From NCBI RefSeq assembly GCF_001194135.2, contig NC_068992.1:27619709-27683708 (forward strand): a stretch of DNA of 64,000 nucleotides. Direction: 5' to 3'. This document shows positions 13,626 to 28,192 of this stretch, in pieces. The notes beneath the pieces were generated by a model. That model saw nothing but the letters and a program-made list of their open reading frames with translations. It was not told where the DNA came from and did no database searches. This DNA is from Octopus bimaculoides. Its lineage: Eukaryota. Each line of letters opens with the position of its first letter. The stretch's first letter is position 1. Both the position numbers and the translations under genes were made by a program.

Positions 13626-14372
13626 GAAGTAATGATTATTGCCACTTAAACATGGCTGTTCCATAGGAACTGACATTACTGCTATTTTAAACCCCAGAAG
13701 GACATCTCCTCTGGCTGGTTACTCGATGCAATCTGCACCTGATATATATTGCAAGCAGGGGAGTGAACGCCTACCATCTTACCACCAGACCATATGGTTT
13801 CAAACTCTTTGCGGTCATCCTTGGAGGTGGATACTCATCTGCTAGAGATAGAAGTAGTTCACTTCAGCTCACAATATATAGAAATCAAGTGACACACAGT
13901 CACTAATCTTGCAACAAACAAATTAGCTAGTTAGAAAAAATCCTGGGGTTAAAAGCAGCAGTAACATAGGTTCCAGTTATGTTCAAGTGGCAATAAACAT
14001 TACTTCTTAGTATAGTTACTACTTTCATCTGTTACTGAGATTTTCTAACTAGCTAATTTGCTTCTTGCAAGATCAGTCACTGTGTGTCACTTGATTTTTA
14101 TATATTGCGAACTGGAGTGAATTATTGCTGTCTCTAGAAGATGAAGATGAGTATCCACCACCAAGGATGACTACAAAGAGGTCAAAACCATGCAGTCTGG
14201 TAGTTTTGTGGCTGGAAGATGGTAGGAGTTCACTCCCCTGCTTGCAATATATATCAGGGGCAGATTGCATCAAATAACCACCCGAAGGAAGCGTTCTCCT
14301 GGGATTAAAAATAGCAGTAATGTTGGTCACTATGGAACAGCAATGTTTAAGCAGCAAGAAACATTACTACAC
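13626..14372. repeat. Foldback structure: two inverted copies of a ~350-bp element, the first with its own ~75-bp TIRs
   Basis: ORF track shows near-identical peptides on opposite strands (13639+ and 14073-14357 -). 13627-13700 is also inverted at 13941-14008. Confidence 0.85.
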
Positions 14373-16236
14373 AGTATAGTTATTGCTTTCATCTCTCAAA
14401 GATTTTCTAAAAAGTTACTTTATATGAAGGAAATATCTGATGATGAAGAACTCTTGGGTGCCAGTGTTGGTAATATTGCTATTTCATAATTTTTAAAGAT
14501 TTAACTTTAGAGCAATGAGTATCAATAAAGTGAAAGATCTACAGTAACCACATTTCCTCATATGTGCATGACATAATAGTAAGGCAACTAGGCTCTCAAT
14601 CATAAGGTCATGGGGTCAATTCCTGATCCAAGAAGCATACTGTGTCCTTAGAGAGGCACCTTCATGTTATATCAGTCTACTCATGAGTATTAAGACTGTC
14701 AGAGTGCCCAGTCACTGTCAAGTTAGCACGGAAGTATTAACATGTCAGTGGTACAACCAAAATCCTTAGACATGAAGAAGGATACCTCCAGCAGGGAACT
14801 AATAAATCCTATCATTACTTATATATATATATATATATATATTATACTAGTTTATTATCAAGTGAGAAATATTTATTTAGGTGTTTTAATTTTAAAATTG
14901 ATGTCTTTGGACAAGCTATTGGGCCACATTTTGATTTTTCACCATATTATTGAAAATATACAGAAAACAAGTTTGCCTTTCTTTTCTCTGGGGTTTGATA
15001 GAATAAAAACAAGCAACAAACAGAGTCAATGCAAACTTTCCTTTTGTTTTAGTCAAATTAGGAAGTGCCAAAGTTTTTCTTCAGGACCCCCAAAGTCTGG
15101 TGAGCAAATAGTCAAAGTTATATTCAGATTGGAGATCTGATCCAAATGCTTGCAACAGAGTGGAGTCCACTAAAGGTACTCACAGATACTTGTTGGTATT
15201 AAACCAGCCAAGTTTACCAGCCAGAATAGGGACAGTTCTTTTGACAAGCTTCCACAGTTTCCATCAACCAAATAACATTCAAAGTCATTGGCTGATCCAT
15301 ATTGAGGCCATGGTAGAAGATACATGGCAAAGGTGCAATGCAGTGGGATCAAACTCAAAACCATGTGGTAATGAAAGAAGCTTCTTAGCTACACAATCAT
15401 ACCTGAACCAGTATAATAAATTGACATCTAACAGTGATACATTTTTTGTTGAAACTAACTTAAGTCAACTTCCCCCTTCCAGCCTCTTTAGATTAATGAA
15501 ATAAGCACTAGTAACATGGTGATATTGATACAAATGATTCACTCTAAAAATATCAGTTAAAAGAAATTAATACTAATACATATCAGTACACAGTCACATT
15601 TGAAGCTTTTATTTTGTCTCATCTGGTGTTTCATGTTTCTATGGTGAAATCAAATTAAATTTGAATTTACATTTCATCCGTTATTTCTTACCAACATTCA
15701 GTATTTGGCCAACCATAATTCATTTCCTACAAAAATTGGTCATTTGCCAATTCAAAAATACAATCTACACTAATCTTGTCAGATGAGAAAAGTGATATAA
15801 AAAAAAAAGAACAAAAATTATAAACAAATTATTAAAGAAAAATCTCATCCATCACACAGACACACAGACACACACACACAGAGGTTTGTAAGCAAAAATG
15901 AACATTTATTTACACATTTTCATTTTAATTGTGCTGTACCTTTGCTTCTTGTGTGTGATTTATCAATAACCTATTCTGTCTTTTTCACCTGGTATAGAAA
16001 TATGTCTTCTGAACAGTGTAACATGTCAAGTAGGTTTATATAATACTTGACCTTCTTGTTGCCAAGAAACCAAAATATCTTAAAGTCATTTATACTATTA
16101 CTAATAGTTCTGTTCATTTTCCTTTTCTTACAAGTCAACATTTTTTTAAAAGCTAAGCTTCAAAAAGGCATTTCAAGCATGGAAAGTTAGTTATATTTTT
16201 ATGTTTAATGTTTATTTAATAAAATATTAATCATAG

Positions 16237-16375
16237 TAAAGTTCTCATGCACTGATAGTGCAGAACCAGAAATTGAAAGGAAAGATGCAACAGTCAATTT
16301 TATCAACTCCCTCTGTATTACTGGTACTAATTTCACCATCAGTGGAGAAATGAAACATAAGACTGACCCCAGGAG
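16237..16375 (+). CDS. Ambiguous candidate exon (plus: xKFSCTDSAEPEIERKD...TDPRx); the minus strand is also open here
   Basis: Plus donor GAG|gtaata; minus ORF 16205-16462 also has a good acceptor, so the strand is unresolved. Confidence 0.25.
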
Positions 16376-19162
16376 GTAATATGAACAAGAACTTAAAAGG
16401 ACATAAAAGATATCCGAAATTTTACCAATTTTGTTATCAATCATCCCTATTGATGATAGCAATTATTTCTAACATTGGCACAGCCTGAGATTTGGAGGAG
16501 GGGTTTAGTTGATTAAATCAATTCCAGTACATGACTAATGATATTTTGATTGGACATAAAGGCACAAATTTCTGTAGAAATTTCTGGTAACCTGAATTTC
16601 TTCAGGACATTACGGGTACTAACTTTCAGTCTTTGAGAGATGAAAGGTGAGCCAAACACAGTGAGAGTTGTACTAAGGGTATTAAGGAATATAAAAAATA
16701 TGTGTTGGCTACAACACCAACAACAACAATTCAATCTATAATAGATTGTGAACTCATAAAGTGTTTTTGTATGCTGTTATACATAAGAGCATTAGAGAAA
16801 AAAAATATACACAAATATGAGCCTAAAGAGGAGGTAGTATTGCAATAGGTGAATCAAAAAGCCAAAATATGTATAGACTGTAAATGTCTTAAGAAAAAAA
16901 AAAGAAAATGTCACTATATTCAACGTTTGATAACAAAAAAGAAATGAAAAAAATATTACTTAATAAAAAAGATTTGTTTGTAACTACATTTCAAAATAAA
17001 AGTTAACTACTTGTTTTGATTGGATAATTGGATTTTTTTTTAATTTCTATTTTTATTCTTTGGATGTATATTTCTTCAATATCACTTTAGCAAAACTGAA
17101 CACTGTATCATTAAAAAAAAATCTGGTTGTGATTTACAAAATATGCACTCATTGACTCTTCTCTATTTAGGTACAGACATAGTTATATGGTTAAAAAGTT
17201 TGTTCTGTAATCATGTTGTTCCAGATTTTACATCATTTTGTACCATCTTGGATGTGAGCCTTCTATCATAACCTCAGGATAACCGAAGATTTGTAGATGA
17301 AATTGGGGAAATGGACACTGTGCAGAAGACTATTGGATGGATTGTGTCTATTCTTGGAGGATAGATTTTATTCATTGTATAACTTAACCCCTACCATCTA
17401 ACTCCTGAGTCAACTCTGTTTCAAGTCATTTTGAACAAATCTCTTTCCCACCCACCAATCTCAGAGACAGTACAATAAAAGTTGCTCGTCTTCTGAGCAA
17501 GACAGAAAAACATTTAAAAGATTAAGATTTGATAGTATTCTTCTAAAATTTTTGAAAGTACTTTAATTATGAATGCCAATCACAAATAATCATCAAAAAC
17601 TATGCAATATAACTTTATCATAAAATATGGAACTCACTGCCACCAATTACTGGAAACTTTCAAACCAATTTGAACTTCAAAAACAAATAGAATTCTCTTT
17701 TCATTAACTGCATTTTCTGTCCTAGCATTGATCCTAGAAGGAGCAGAACTCACTCATTTTATTTACGCAACTGAGATGTTGCACTAATTGCTGCATTGCT
17801 CAATCTCAAATTGGCAGCCTAACACTATTAACTGGACCCCATGGACTCATTTTCTACTATAAAGAGGTTGATTATAGAAGGCAAAATATGAGCTCAGAAA
17901 GGAACTAAGCAGCACTGATAATCACAAGGCATCTCGTCAGACACTTCAACAATTCCACCAATCCACTGCCCTGTGCCAGGAATTTATTGGCTCCAAAAGG
18001 ATGAAAGGCAAAGTTGAATTCCCTAAGAATTTGCTATTGCAGATATCCAGCTATACATTTTTACACTTACTTGGATGTAGGTCACTGAGTATGCAGCATG
18101 CAATGTCTGTCTAAAGAGAATCAGGAAAAATACAAGGCTTTCTAGCTGATGCACTAACAACTCTGTCAATTTACCCTCTTCACTCTGAATATTTTGTAAA
18201 CCTTGAGATACCTTGAGATAAACATCTTGAGCATTGGTACATTACCTTGAATTTTACATCTTAGGCAAACTGTGTAATAACTGTACAGTACATTTCAATT
18301 ATCTTCATTATGGCCAATATGAATTATAGATTTGAATATTGTAAATAAAAGTATTCATTAGTACTATTTTATTGATCCTGAAAAAATAACAGATAAAGTC
18401 AACCTTGACAGGATTCAGACTTAGAACATAAAAAGGAGATAACAAGTACTACAGGGAAATTTGTTCAATAATAATAATTTATTTTATTTGCCAAAAGAGT
18501 GTTGAATTTAGGGAACATTACAGAGACAAGTTATAATTTGCATAGGGGTTTACATATAATAAAAAAACTGGTGAGAAAGAAGAGAAAAAGAATAATCATG
18601 CTTAAAAGTTTAAAGGACTTAAAGTTGCAGTTTGAAATCCTTGTCTCATTAATCGGTGTAACTAAAACAAAACATTTTAAATAATGCAAAGAATACATAT
18701 TGAATATGAAGAGAATTTAACAAAAATAAAAAAGAAAAATGATTAGACAGTCACCGTATGTGGCATACTCACTGAGTGACCTACAGCCAAGTAAGTGTAT
18801 GGATACTAGTAAAAATGTATAGCTGGATATCTCCAATAGCAAAATCTTAAGGACTTAGTATCACAAGAAAAACAACATAATACATTGACAGAAAGATCTT
18901 AGTTGTTTGAAATTTCTGTATAATTAAGGCAAATACTTTTTTTCTTTCAAGATTATTTAATGTAAGATCAATTACAATGGCTGTATCTAAAAATAGTTTT
19001 CTGTATTTTAAATTTATTTTGTTATAATTTTCTCTAAGATAAATATATCAACTATTGTTAATAACAGTATGGTTACACTAGTAAATAAATAATAGACAAC
19101 TGGAGCCGTGCTAATGCAAAGCCTTTACACTCCTTAAAAGATGATAGGATTCAGTATCTTAC

Positions 19163-19205
19163 CATAATATAATTTGTTAAGCCAAAAACATGAAAGATGA
19201 AAAAA
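19163..19205 (-). CDS. Candidate small exon (xFFIFHVFGLTNYIM or FFHLSCFWLNKLYYx)
   Basis: Strong acceptor ttcatcttcttcag, donor ATG|gtaaga, two frames open. Confidence 0.35.
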
Positions 19206-19556
19206 CTGAAGAAGATGAAAAGTGAAGGAATAAACCCAACCTATCAAACTAAACATAAAGCATGTAGAATTTTATTGTTAAAGATTTCTAAACATACACA
19301 AGCTCAGAAATATTAAAAAAAATATATACATTTTGTAAATATACAACAACATTTTTTTTTAATTTAGAGATCAAATATATTTATTGCACTTCAGTAAAGC
19401 AGTATACTGTCATAACTAACAACATAATTTCTTTCATTGCTAACCTATTCCTGTGATTTTTGTCTTCAACAATAATCAAGAGAGTTTTACTTTCTACTCT
19501 GGTAAGGGCCATTCAACAAAACTATATATGTGTGTGTGCGTGCATGTGTGAGTGTT

Positions 19557-19592
<36 letters not shown>

Positions 19593-21371
19593 CACAGAAA
19601 GAAAAAGAATGGAAAAGGAAAATACATCCAAGGTAACTGTGGAGGGCATGAAAAAAATTTTGTCTTTATCTCTTAAGTTGATTGACAACAGAATGATTTG
19701 ACTGAGGGTAGGTAGTGCAACGAGATATTTGACTATAACCTCCTAATAACTGCCAAGTGATTTGCTTAAAATCAGTGGACTTCAATTATAAAACCATTGG
19801 ATAATAAAGGATTAGTTTGATAGATAAACAACAGAAAAAAATGACTAAAAATGTATTTAAGATAGCCTATTCTTCTAAAGAAAATTCATTAAAACTAAGT
19901 TTTCAAATAAACAAGCTAATAATCAAAAATATTTAAAACTTTTAGAATGTTTTTACATTTAAGTAGAAATTAAATGGAAATATTAAATTTGGCCATTTCA
20001 TTCTTTCACACCTTCCTGAATTACATTCAGTTAGGTATGGCATTTTTTATCTGTAAAAGATAATACACTAAAAACATTACTGCAATTATTTCTGGTTGAA
20101 TTAACCAAAATTTAATAAATTAAAAAATATTGTCTGCAGTGTCTGAATCTGAATCCTACATAGACTTTTTTTTACTCCAATATTAACCAATACAACAAGC
20201 AAACATATGCTTTGATACACAAAGTTGTATTGCTGGAACTTAGATCCACTTAATTGCACCCAAATGCACCAAAATACCAATGTCAGGATAGTATTAAAAA
20301 GTCCTTTTGAGAGACAGTATAGACACCTTTTTGTGTAGGCAAAATGTCAATCATCTCTTCAGTGAGTTCTTGTTAAGCTTAGCATCTAATAAGTAGGACC
20401 TTCACTTTGGTTGAAGTGTCAAACAGTAAAATAATCTCAACTATTACTGTTCCGAGACATTAGATTCTTAAATAAGGAGCTCTGCCAACCAACACCCATT
20501 ATAAAGTTCACTATCCGAGTGTAGTGTAAAAAAAAAAAAAAATGAACTACCATGACCTCGGGTCGTTAAATAACTAACAAAATATGTTAGTTAGTTATCT
20601 GTGATAAAACAATTGTCTGTTGCTAACATAACATTGCTGATTTTTAAAAATTCTAATCATTTAAGATATCCAAGGGCCTCCTCATATTCCAGCCTGCTCT
20701 ATCTATTCTACACTTCTATTTCAAACTCTACCCAATGGCAGTCTCCTCTTTCTTTCTGCATTGTTTTCAACCAAGATAGTTCTCTTTGGTAAAATATGTT
20801 CACAACAACAATTGCTTGTGACAAGTTCTTATTATACCTCCATAGGTATCTAACAGCATGATACAAGTCTTACATCTTCATCACAACCAGGACAAAATTA
20901 ATATGATAAAAAAGGTTATAAGTTAACAGGAAATTATCTGTGTCTCATGTATTTATTTTCAATCATTCTATTTTCTGTAATTATTCAATACACCTGAGTA
21001 GTTAATAACTATACTCTGTTTATCCTTAGGAATTTAATTAAAATATTTAGTGAACTTAACTTCAATCATAACATTGTCTCACTGGATGCTGTAGTTTATG
21101 AAATGTTTCTAATGATGGTACTGGGAAATCACATAATCAAAAGCAGCATTATTAACCACACATACAGTATTTAATATCAATGCAGACATGGTTGTTTCAT
21201 ATAAATTAGATATACATTAAGCAATAATTATTGCTGGACTTGTGCAATAAGAACCCCATATGCTTAATTTCCTATTCTTTGAAGAAATTTTGGAAAAATC
21301 AGTCTTAAAATTTTACTTTTTGCTATTTAATTTTTGGCCAGCTTCACTCTTTTTGTTTTAGAATACTTAAC

Positions 21372-21417
21372 CTGCAAAATCTTTTCCATTTTTAGCATTT
21401 TTTTCCAGATTTTATTT
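21372..21417 (-). CDS. Candidate small exon (xNKIWKKMLKMEKILQ)
   Basis: ctaatccag acceptor, CAG|gttaag donor, 46 nt open. Confidence 0.35.
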
Positions 21418-23819
21418 CTGGATTAGTTGTATTAAACACATGAGATTACAACCCTTACTTCATTTTACAATTATGGTCAGTGTTTAAGGTGAAGATTAAA
21501 GATTGGATTTAGAGTGAGGGAATAGAGTTTAAAGTTTGTGAATGTCTTTTCCTTACATACACAATCGTAATTTCTAATGTTCAAAACATGGAAATCCAAA
21601 AACAAAAGAAAATGAGTTAATAAATTAGAAATTAAAGGAAAGCTATTTATTGTACAGTTCTGCCACATACTGTATATTTATTGTATCTCAACATACATTG
21701 TATCAATGTGGATTGTGACAACCGAAATAGATTCGTGTCATTTCTTTTTACACTAAGTTATTGATACATGACAATATTTTAAGAAATAAAAAAGAAACAT
21801 GTATATCTCTTTTAATAATACAACATTGCATTAAAAATAATAAATTTATGCAGAATTATAGTAGTTCTCAATCAGCAAAACATAAAACCATGTTCTACAT
21901 TTTCTAGGCAATGCTAAGTAATCTAGTAAAGTTTACTTTGGGTATTTACTGGTCATAGGTTATTTTTTATCTCTTACTTGTTTCAGTCATTTGACTGCAG
22001 TCATGTTGGGGCACCACCTTGAAAGATTTTAATCAAACAAAGCAACCCCAGTACTTATTTTGCTTAAAGCCTGGTATTTATTCTATCAGATACATTTTGC
22101 CAAACTGCTAAGTTACAAAGACATAAACAAACCAACACCAGTGAGGGATAAATACAGAAACACACATGATGAGCTTCCACACAGTTTTCATATACCAAAT
22201 TCACTCACTCACAAGGGTTTGGCCAGTCCAAAGATATAGAAGACACTTGCCCAAGGTGACATGCAATAGGACTGAACCTAGAACCTTGAGACTGGAAAAC
22301 ATATTTCTTATCATACAACCACACATACACCTTAACTCGAAAAATTAGGCTTTAAATACTTGCTTGTATTAGACTAAAATGCTTATATAGTTTTAACAAA
22401 CCAATTTGAGGACTGATTTACATGTTCAGTGTTTAATTTCATTCGTTGGTTTCAATTTCTTACAATATTAGATTCTATGAATTTTAATAATGAATTTTAA
22501 TAATGAAAAATTACTTGATAAATTAAAAACATTTTCTAAAAGACTCAAGTTTCAAGTCATAATTTTATTCTGAAAGATAACATTTTTTTAAATATGTAAT
22601 GCATGTTTATAAATATTTCAAGTAATAATGTAACTAAACTATGTATTAAGAAAAAAATCTAAAATAACTTTTAAATAATTTGACTTCTGGATTGAGAGTA
22701 AAAGTAATAATGAATACTATGCATTCTGTTAAAATATGAAATTATTAAATTATAGATATTAATTATAGACATATATTCTGTTCACCACATATAATAGTAT
22801 GTTTGAATATATATGTGAGTTTTAGTTTTTAGAATAGGCACACTGTATGACTATATCATAAGAGGCAACTAAAAGGGTTATCATCAGGAAAGGTATTCTG
22901 CCTTAAAATATTGCTTCAGAAATTCCTATGCCAGCATTTAGGAATGAAAATAAACTCTCATTTTATCTATATAAAAGACCACAAATACACACACACACAT
23001 CTAATATATAGATATATATACAAACATGTGCACACATCTAAACATACACACCTACTATATAAAGTGAAAACTGAATTTTAATTAAAAATTAAACACTGCT
23101 ACTGACAGCAGTTAAATCATGATTGAATCAGAAAATATAAATGAAATATATAAGTGAAGATATTTAAACAATGGAAGAACTAACTAGAAAAATTAGAACT
23201 GTTTTCCAAGTTAAAAATATATGACTTACTTGAAGATGTAACTGAACCTGGAGGTAAGTAACCTATTCAGCGTTTGACAACAAGTGGGGAAAATACTTTA
23301 TTGTAAAGCTTTATAATGCTTCACTATACCAATACACAAACCAATGTTAAAGCCAATGTCCAGGAAATTTTTTATGAGTTAAAAATAAACAAAGAAAGCA
23401 TGAATGAATGGCAGAGAAGTAAAGAAAAGAATTGCTGCAATGACCACTCACTAACAAAAGAAGACAAATATCTCAGCTACAACTAATCCCAACAGTAAAT
23501 GGATAAAATAATTTAGGTCAAATTGTTCCTCTTAACAACAAGTTTTTAGCAATATTTCAAACTTCAAGATGTTTAATATTTGTTTTTTATTATTATTTAC
23601 AGTTTGATTACTAAAAGATATTTTAATATAATTGCTATGTGTAAACAACTACTTTTCAAATATCCTAAATTTTTAATAAAAAATATTCACTTAGTTCTAA
23701 AAGCTAGAAGAGTAGATATAAACTACCAGTAAGTAAAATCTGTAGCCTAGTTTTAGTTCTTGAGAGTGATTTCACTTCACTTGCATTGTTTTACCTTGGA
23801 AAAGCCTCCTAAGTTCATA

Positions 23820-24250
23820 GACTTTGTATTTTAGAGATGCCATCCAGTATGAATAACAAGAGGTAAATTAAAGCAATGCAAAGGTTAGAGAAGAGGAATG
23901 AGGCTAGTATGCTCTGCTGGATGTGTCGTGTAAGTGTATATGTTCAACAGAGTGCTCGTGTATTGAGAGAGAAGTTAGGCATAAGAACGAGATGCAGTAT
24001 GCAAGAGAGAAGATTGCATTGGCTTGGTTTGGTTGTGTGATGAGGATGGATGCCAACAGTTTCATAAAGAAGTGCCAATCTCTCAAAGTAGATGGAACAT
24101 GTGGAAGAGATAGATCCGGGAAGATATGGGATGAAGTATTGAAGGACAATCTCAGACAAGATGACAAAGAACTAAGATACCTGACACCTTGCTGTACTCA
24201 AGAATACTCGTACTCCACAGCAGAAGTGTTAAGGTCACTCCCTCTGGTGA
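23820..24250 (+). mobile_element. Decayed RTE LINE 3' coding fragment
   Basis: RNEASMLCWM..V, REKLGI, QERRLHW, KKCQSLKVDGTCGR motifs; homologous to 7380-7640. Confidence 0.8.
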
Positions 24251-25149
24251 AGAGGATTGGCCTGCAAAAGTCCTGTGCTGGTGCCATGTAAAAAGCACTC
24301 ATGTTGGTGCCATATAAAAGTGCTCGTGTGGTGCCACGTTAAAAGCACCTAGCGCACTGTAAAGGGGTTGGCATTAGGAAAGGCATCCAGCCATAGAAAC
24401 CATGCCAAATCAGACTGGAACCTGGTGTGGCTTTCTGGCTTGCTAGCTCTGGTGAAACTGTCCAACCCATGCCTGCTTAGAAAACAGACATTAAATGATG
24501 ATGGTTTAATACATGGAGAATTGAAAAGCTAACCACAAAATATATAGCCAATAAGGAAAATAGCTAAACCAGTCAGTGGTTAATATTTTTGTTTCAATAG
24601 TAAATATGAAAAACAACTCTGCACATATTTTAGTTTAGCTCTGACCTTCTCAGGAGAGAATAATCCTTCCCAAGTTTGCCAGAGTTGTTATAAATGAATC
24701 ACTCACTAAGTATACAAAATTGATAAACTAGAGATATATCATATACAGCATGAGTTTGAACATCAGCTCAGGTACTCCAAAACCCAACACATCACAGAAT
24801 ATTAAAAACATTTTATATAATTTTAATAGTAAAACTTGAATCATGGAAACTGAAGCAGACATAAAAAAATGAAACATCATCCTAATCAGATTCATTATTT
24901 CATTCCAAACTTTTTCCCTAAACAGCACTGCTGAATTAAAGACATCATTATATCAGCCATATGAATTATCTAGTACAGTATCATGGAAAACTAATACAAA
25001 TAGCTATGAAACATTAACATGAAATATGGACTGTTTTTTGTCTTCAAAGAAGCCAATAGAAAACAAGCTGCAATAACAGACAGCTATGAAGTAAATGGAG
25101 AAGCCACACCAGAAATCATGAAATAATTAAAATTTAAACTAAAATTGAG

Positions 25150-25950
25150 ACTAGAGGATACCATGATAAAACAATTTGCACATAAATCCCCTATACAGCA
25201 AATACTGGAGAAAAGATGAAAATAGTTAGAGTAGGAACAGAAATCTCACATTAAATGAGATAAACAAGATTCAAACTAGAGACTAGGGGGTTCTTGATCA
25301 TGGCACAGGATCAATAGAAACAATCAATAGAAATAGTCAATAGCTAATAATGAAGTAGAATACAGTAACTGCAGAACATGGAGATGGAGAAGAAACAATT
25401 AAAAACACTATCTTAGGCTACCTAGTCTTAGCCAAGAGAGAAAACATCTACAAACATGACAGAGTTGGGTCTTTACATTCACTATAAAATACCAACAGAA
25501 AAGAGATGGTATAAGCATACACCAAAAAAAAAAAGATCTCCAAGAATGGCAAAGTGACCATACTCTAAGATATATCATACAAACAGACAGAGATCAAGGC
25601 TAACAGAAAAGATATTGTTGTCAAGGAGGATCAGGAAAAGAAATACCTTCTAACTGACATATCAGTCCCAACAGTTGATAATATATCTCTAAAACAGAAT
25701 GAGAAATTATCCAAATACAAAGATTTGGAAACAGAGATAACCTGAATGTAGGGCATGCAAATAGAAACAATCCCTCTAATAACAGGTGCTTTGGGAATGA
25801 TAAAAAATGCAGACAAATACATATACAGGACTTAGAATATATACAACATACAGAAAATAGCACTGCAAGGTACTACACACATACGCAGAGCACTTTCAAT
25901 ACAATACAAAACCAAAACAAAACACTACACATGTCAAAGGTACACAGAGA
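25150..25950 (+). mobile_element. R4/Dong-clade non-LTR retrotransposon 3' end (zinc knuckle plus restriction-like endonuclease), decayed
   Basis: Broken frames give LETRGFLIMAQDQ, CRT..GEETI, KHD, WYKHTP, QTD.EIKANRKDIVVK, LLTDISVP..DN, EKLSKYKDLE, IPLITGALGMIK: the RLE domain signature. Confidence 0.85.
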
Positions 25951-25964
25951 TAATGATGATAATA

Positions 25965-26590
25965 ATAAGAAATCTTTCTACTATAGGCACAAAGCCTGAA
26001 ATTTTTGTGGGTGGGGATCTAGTCAATTACATCAACCCCAGTGCTCAACTGGTATTTATTTTATCAACACCGAAAGAATGAAAGGCAAAACCAACTTTGG
26101 TGGAATTTGAACTCAGAACGCAAAGCCAAAAGGAATGTCACTCAGTATTTTGCCCAGCATGCTAATGATTCAGCCAGCTCAATCTCTTGATGATAATGGT
26201 TTCAAATTTCTTGTTGGAATGGAGAAGTCAATTACATTGACCCTAATGCTCAAGTGGTACGTATTTCATTGACCCCAAAAGGATGAAAAGCAAAGTTGAC
26301 CTCAGCAGAATTTGAACTAAGTATTTTGTCCAGCATGCTAATGATTCTGCCAACTTGACAAACTTATATAATTCTTTCTATTATGGGCACAATGCATAAA
26401 TTTTTAGGAGAGGGCACTAGTTGATTACATCAAGCCCAGTGCTCAACCAGTACTTATTTTTTTCAACCCTCAAAAAGAATGAAAGGCAAAGTCAACGTCA
26501 GTGGCATTAATACTCAGAATGTAAAGATCAAGGAGAAACAATGCAATTATATTGTGACTGATGCACTAACAAGTCTGCCAGTTCACTGCC
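25965..26590 (-). mobile_element. Three tandem copies of SINE family B (ggcagcgagctggcagaatcgttagc head)
   Basis: Repeated reverse-complement blocks gaatgaaaggcaaa...ggaatttgaactcagaa...cccagcatgctaatgattc; homologous to 53255-53470. Confidence 0.8.
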
Positions 26591-28144
26591 TTAATGATAA
26601 GCAAATGTATTGGAATCTGAAAGTATAGATTCCTATTTTGTTGCATTATAATTTTTGACTCACTTTACATACAGATCTATTTAAGGGTTAATTTCCAATC
26701 TGGGAAATTAATTCTTAATTAGACCAGTATCTTATTCTAAGAGATATTTACTTTCCTTCTTAACCCTAAAGAAACTTGGGAATAGTTTCTGAAAATAAGA
26801 TCTTTCAAAATGTAAATCTCTGAACAAACTAGTTGCCTAACACCTCAACCCTGGCCCACCCAACACACCTGTTTACCCTAGTCCTCTCATTACACCTATT
26901 GTGTGCAGCATCCACTCTCTTTAGATCCACATTAATCACTCTTCTCAGTCCTGTCCCTTCAAAGCACTAATCCACACAAAATCTCTCTCAACCTATGATT
27001 TTCCTGCAGACATCAATTTGTAGATGTTTGTCCAAACTGAACATTAAACTCATCCCAATCAATCTTACAAGTCAGAGAGAGTCTGCAACAGTTATAGGTG
27101 CAGCTCCTTACCAAGACTGGATAAATGTAGTGTAAGGCTTGTAACATGTTATAAATAGGCTCAAAAATTTTTTTTTAAATCAGAAACACAGATATTAAAA
27201 AACATACTTTTTACTTGCACAATGAACTATAATTTAAAAGTTACATTTTGTAGGTTTAACATGAGCAAACTTGTTGATGATAGTGGAAATGTATATTTCT
27301 TGCAGAAGTTCATGGTTAATGCTTATATTACAAGAAAGTTGTTAAATCTGTTTTGACCTATCGTGCTCCTTAGTTCATTTTTAATCCTTTTCAGTTTTAA
27401 AAATTATCCCCTTCCACCACAGTTGGTAACTATGAGTGACAAATACGCAAGCTATTAAATAGTAAAAATGTATACCTACAAAGTCTTATTTGGTGCTGAT
27501 ATGGAGAGCAATATCAGTTTTAAGCACTTTCTATAAGGTGTACAAATTCTTCAGGACTTTCTTCAGATATAATCTGACAAGATTTGATGATTACTTTACA
27601 ATCTCTTTATGTGTGATTGACTGCAACTTATGAAAGAATTCAAATAAACTCTACCACTTTCTTTTTCTGGCTGTTTAACAAAGCAGAAAACATGTTATCA
27701 TTAACAAAAACTCTAAATAACATAAGCCTGAGAATTTAATGAGCTGTCCAAGTGATGTTAGCATGGAAAAGCAGATGTCAAATGATGAGATCTATAGTGC
27801 TGGAACCACAAAAATCATTATATATGCAATTTTGCTTGTGTTCTCTTCAAATTTGTTATAATCTTCACTCTAAGTCAGGTCCTTGACTTTTTGGTCAATG
27901 CCTGGGAAAATAGACTGCATAGAAGAGTAATTAGAATAGTGGATAAACTGTCTTGTAGTATTTGTATGGGTTTTCTGCATTGTGAGTTCAAATCCTGCTG
28001 AGGCTAAATCATCCTTATGGTGTTATTAAATAAAGTATCAGTAAGTACTGAGATAAATTCTCTCTCTTAGAATCAGTTACATTGCAGTGCGAGAAGGTCA
28101 TGAGAAATTACTTATATTGTCCCTTTCTCCAGGAAAGTAACCTA

Positions 28145-28192
<48 letters not shown>

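Noticed and set aside
18751-18796. Plus-strand candidate exon with a gtaagt donor
   Set aside because: It lies in a repeat that also occurs inverted at 18021-18100.
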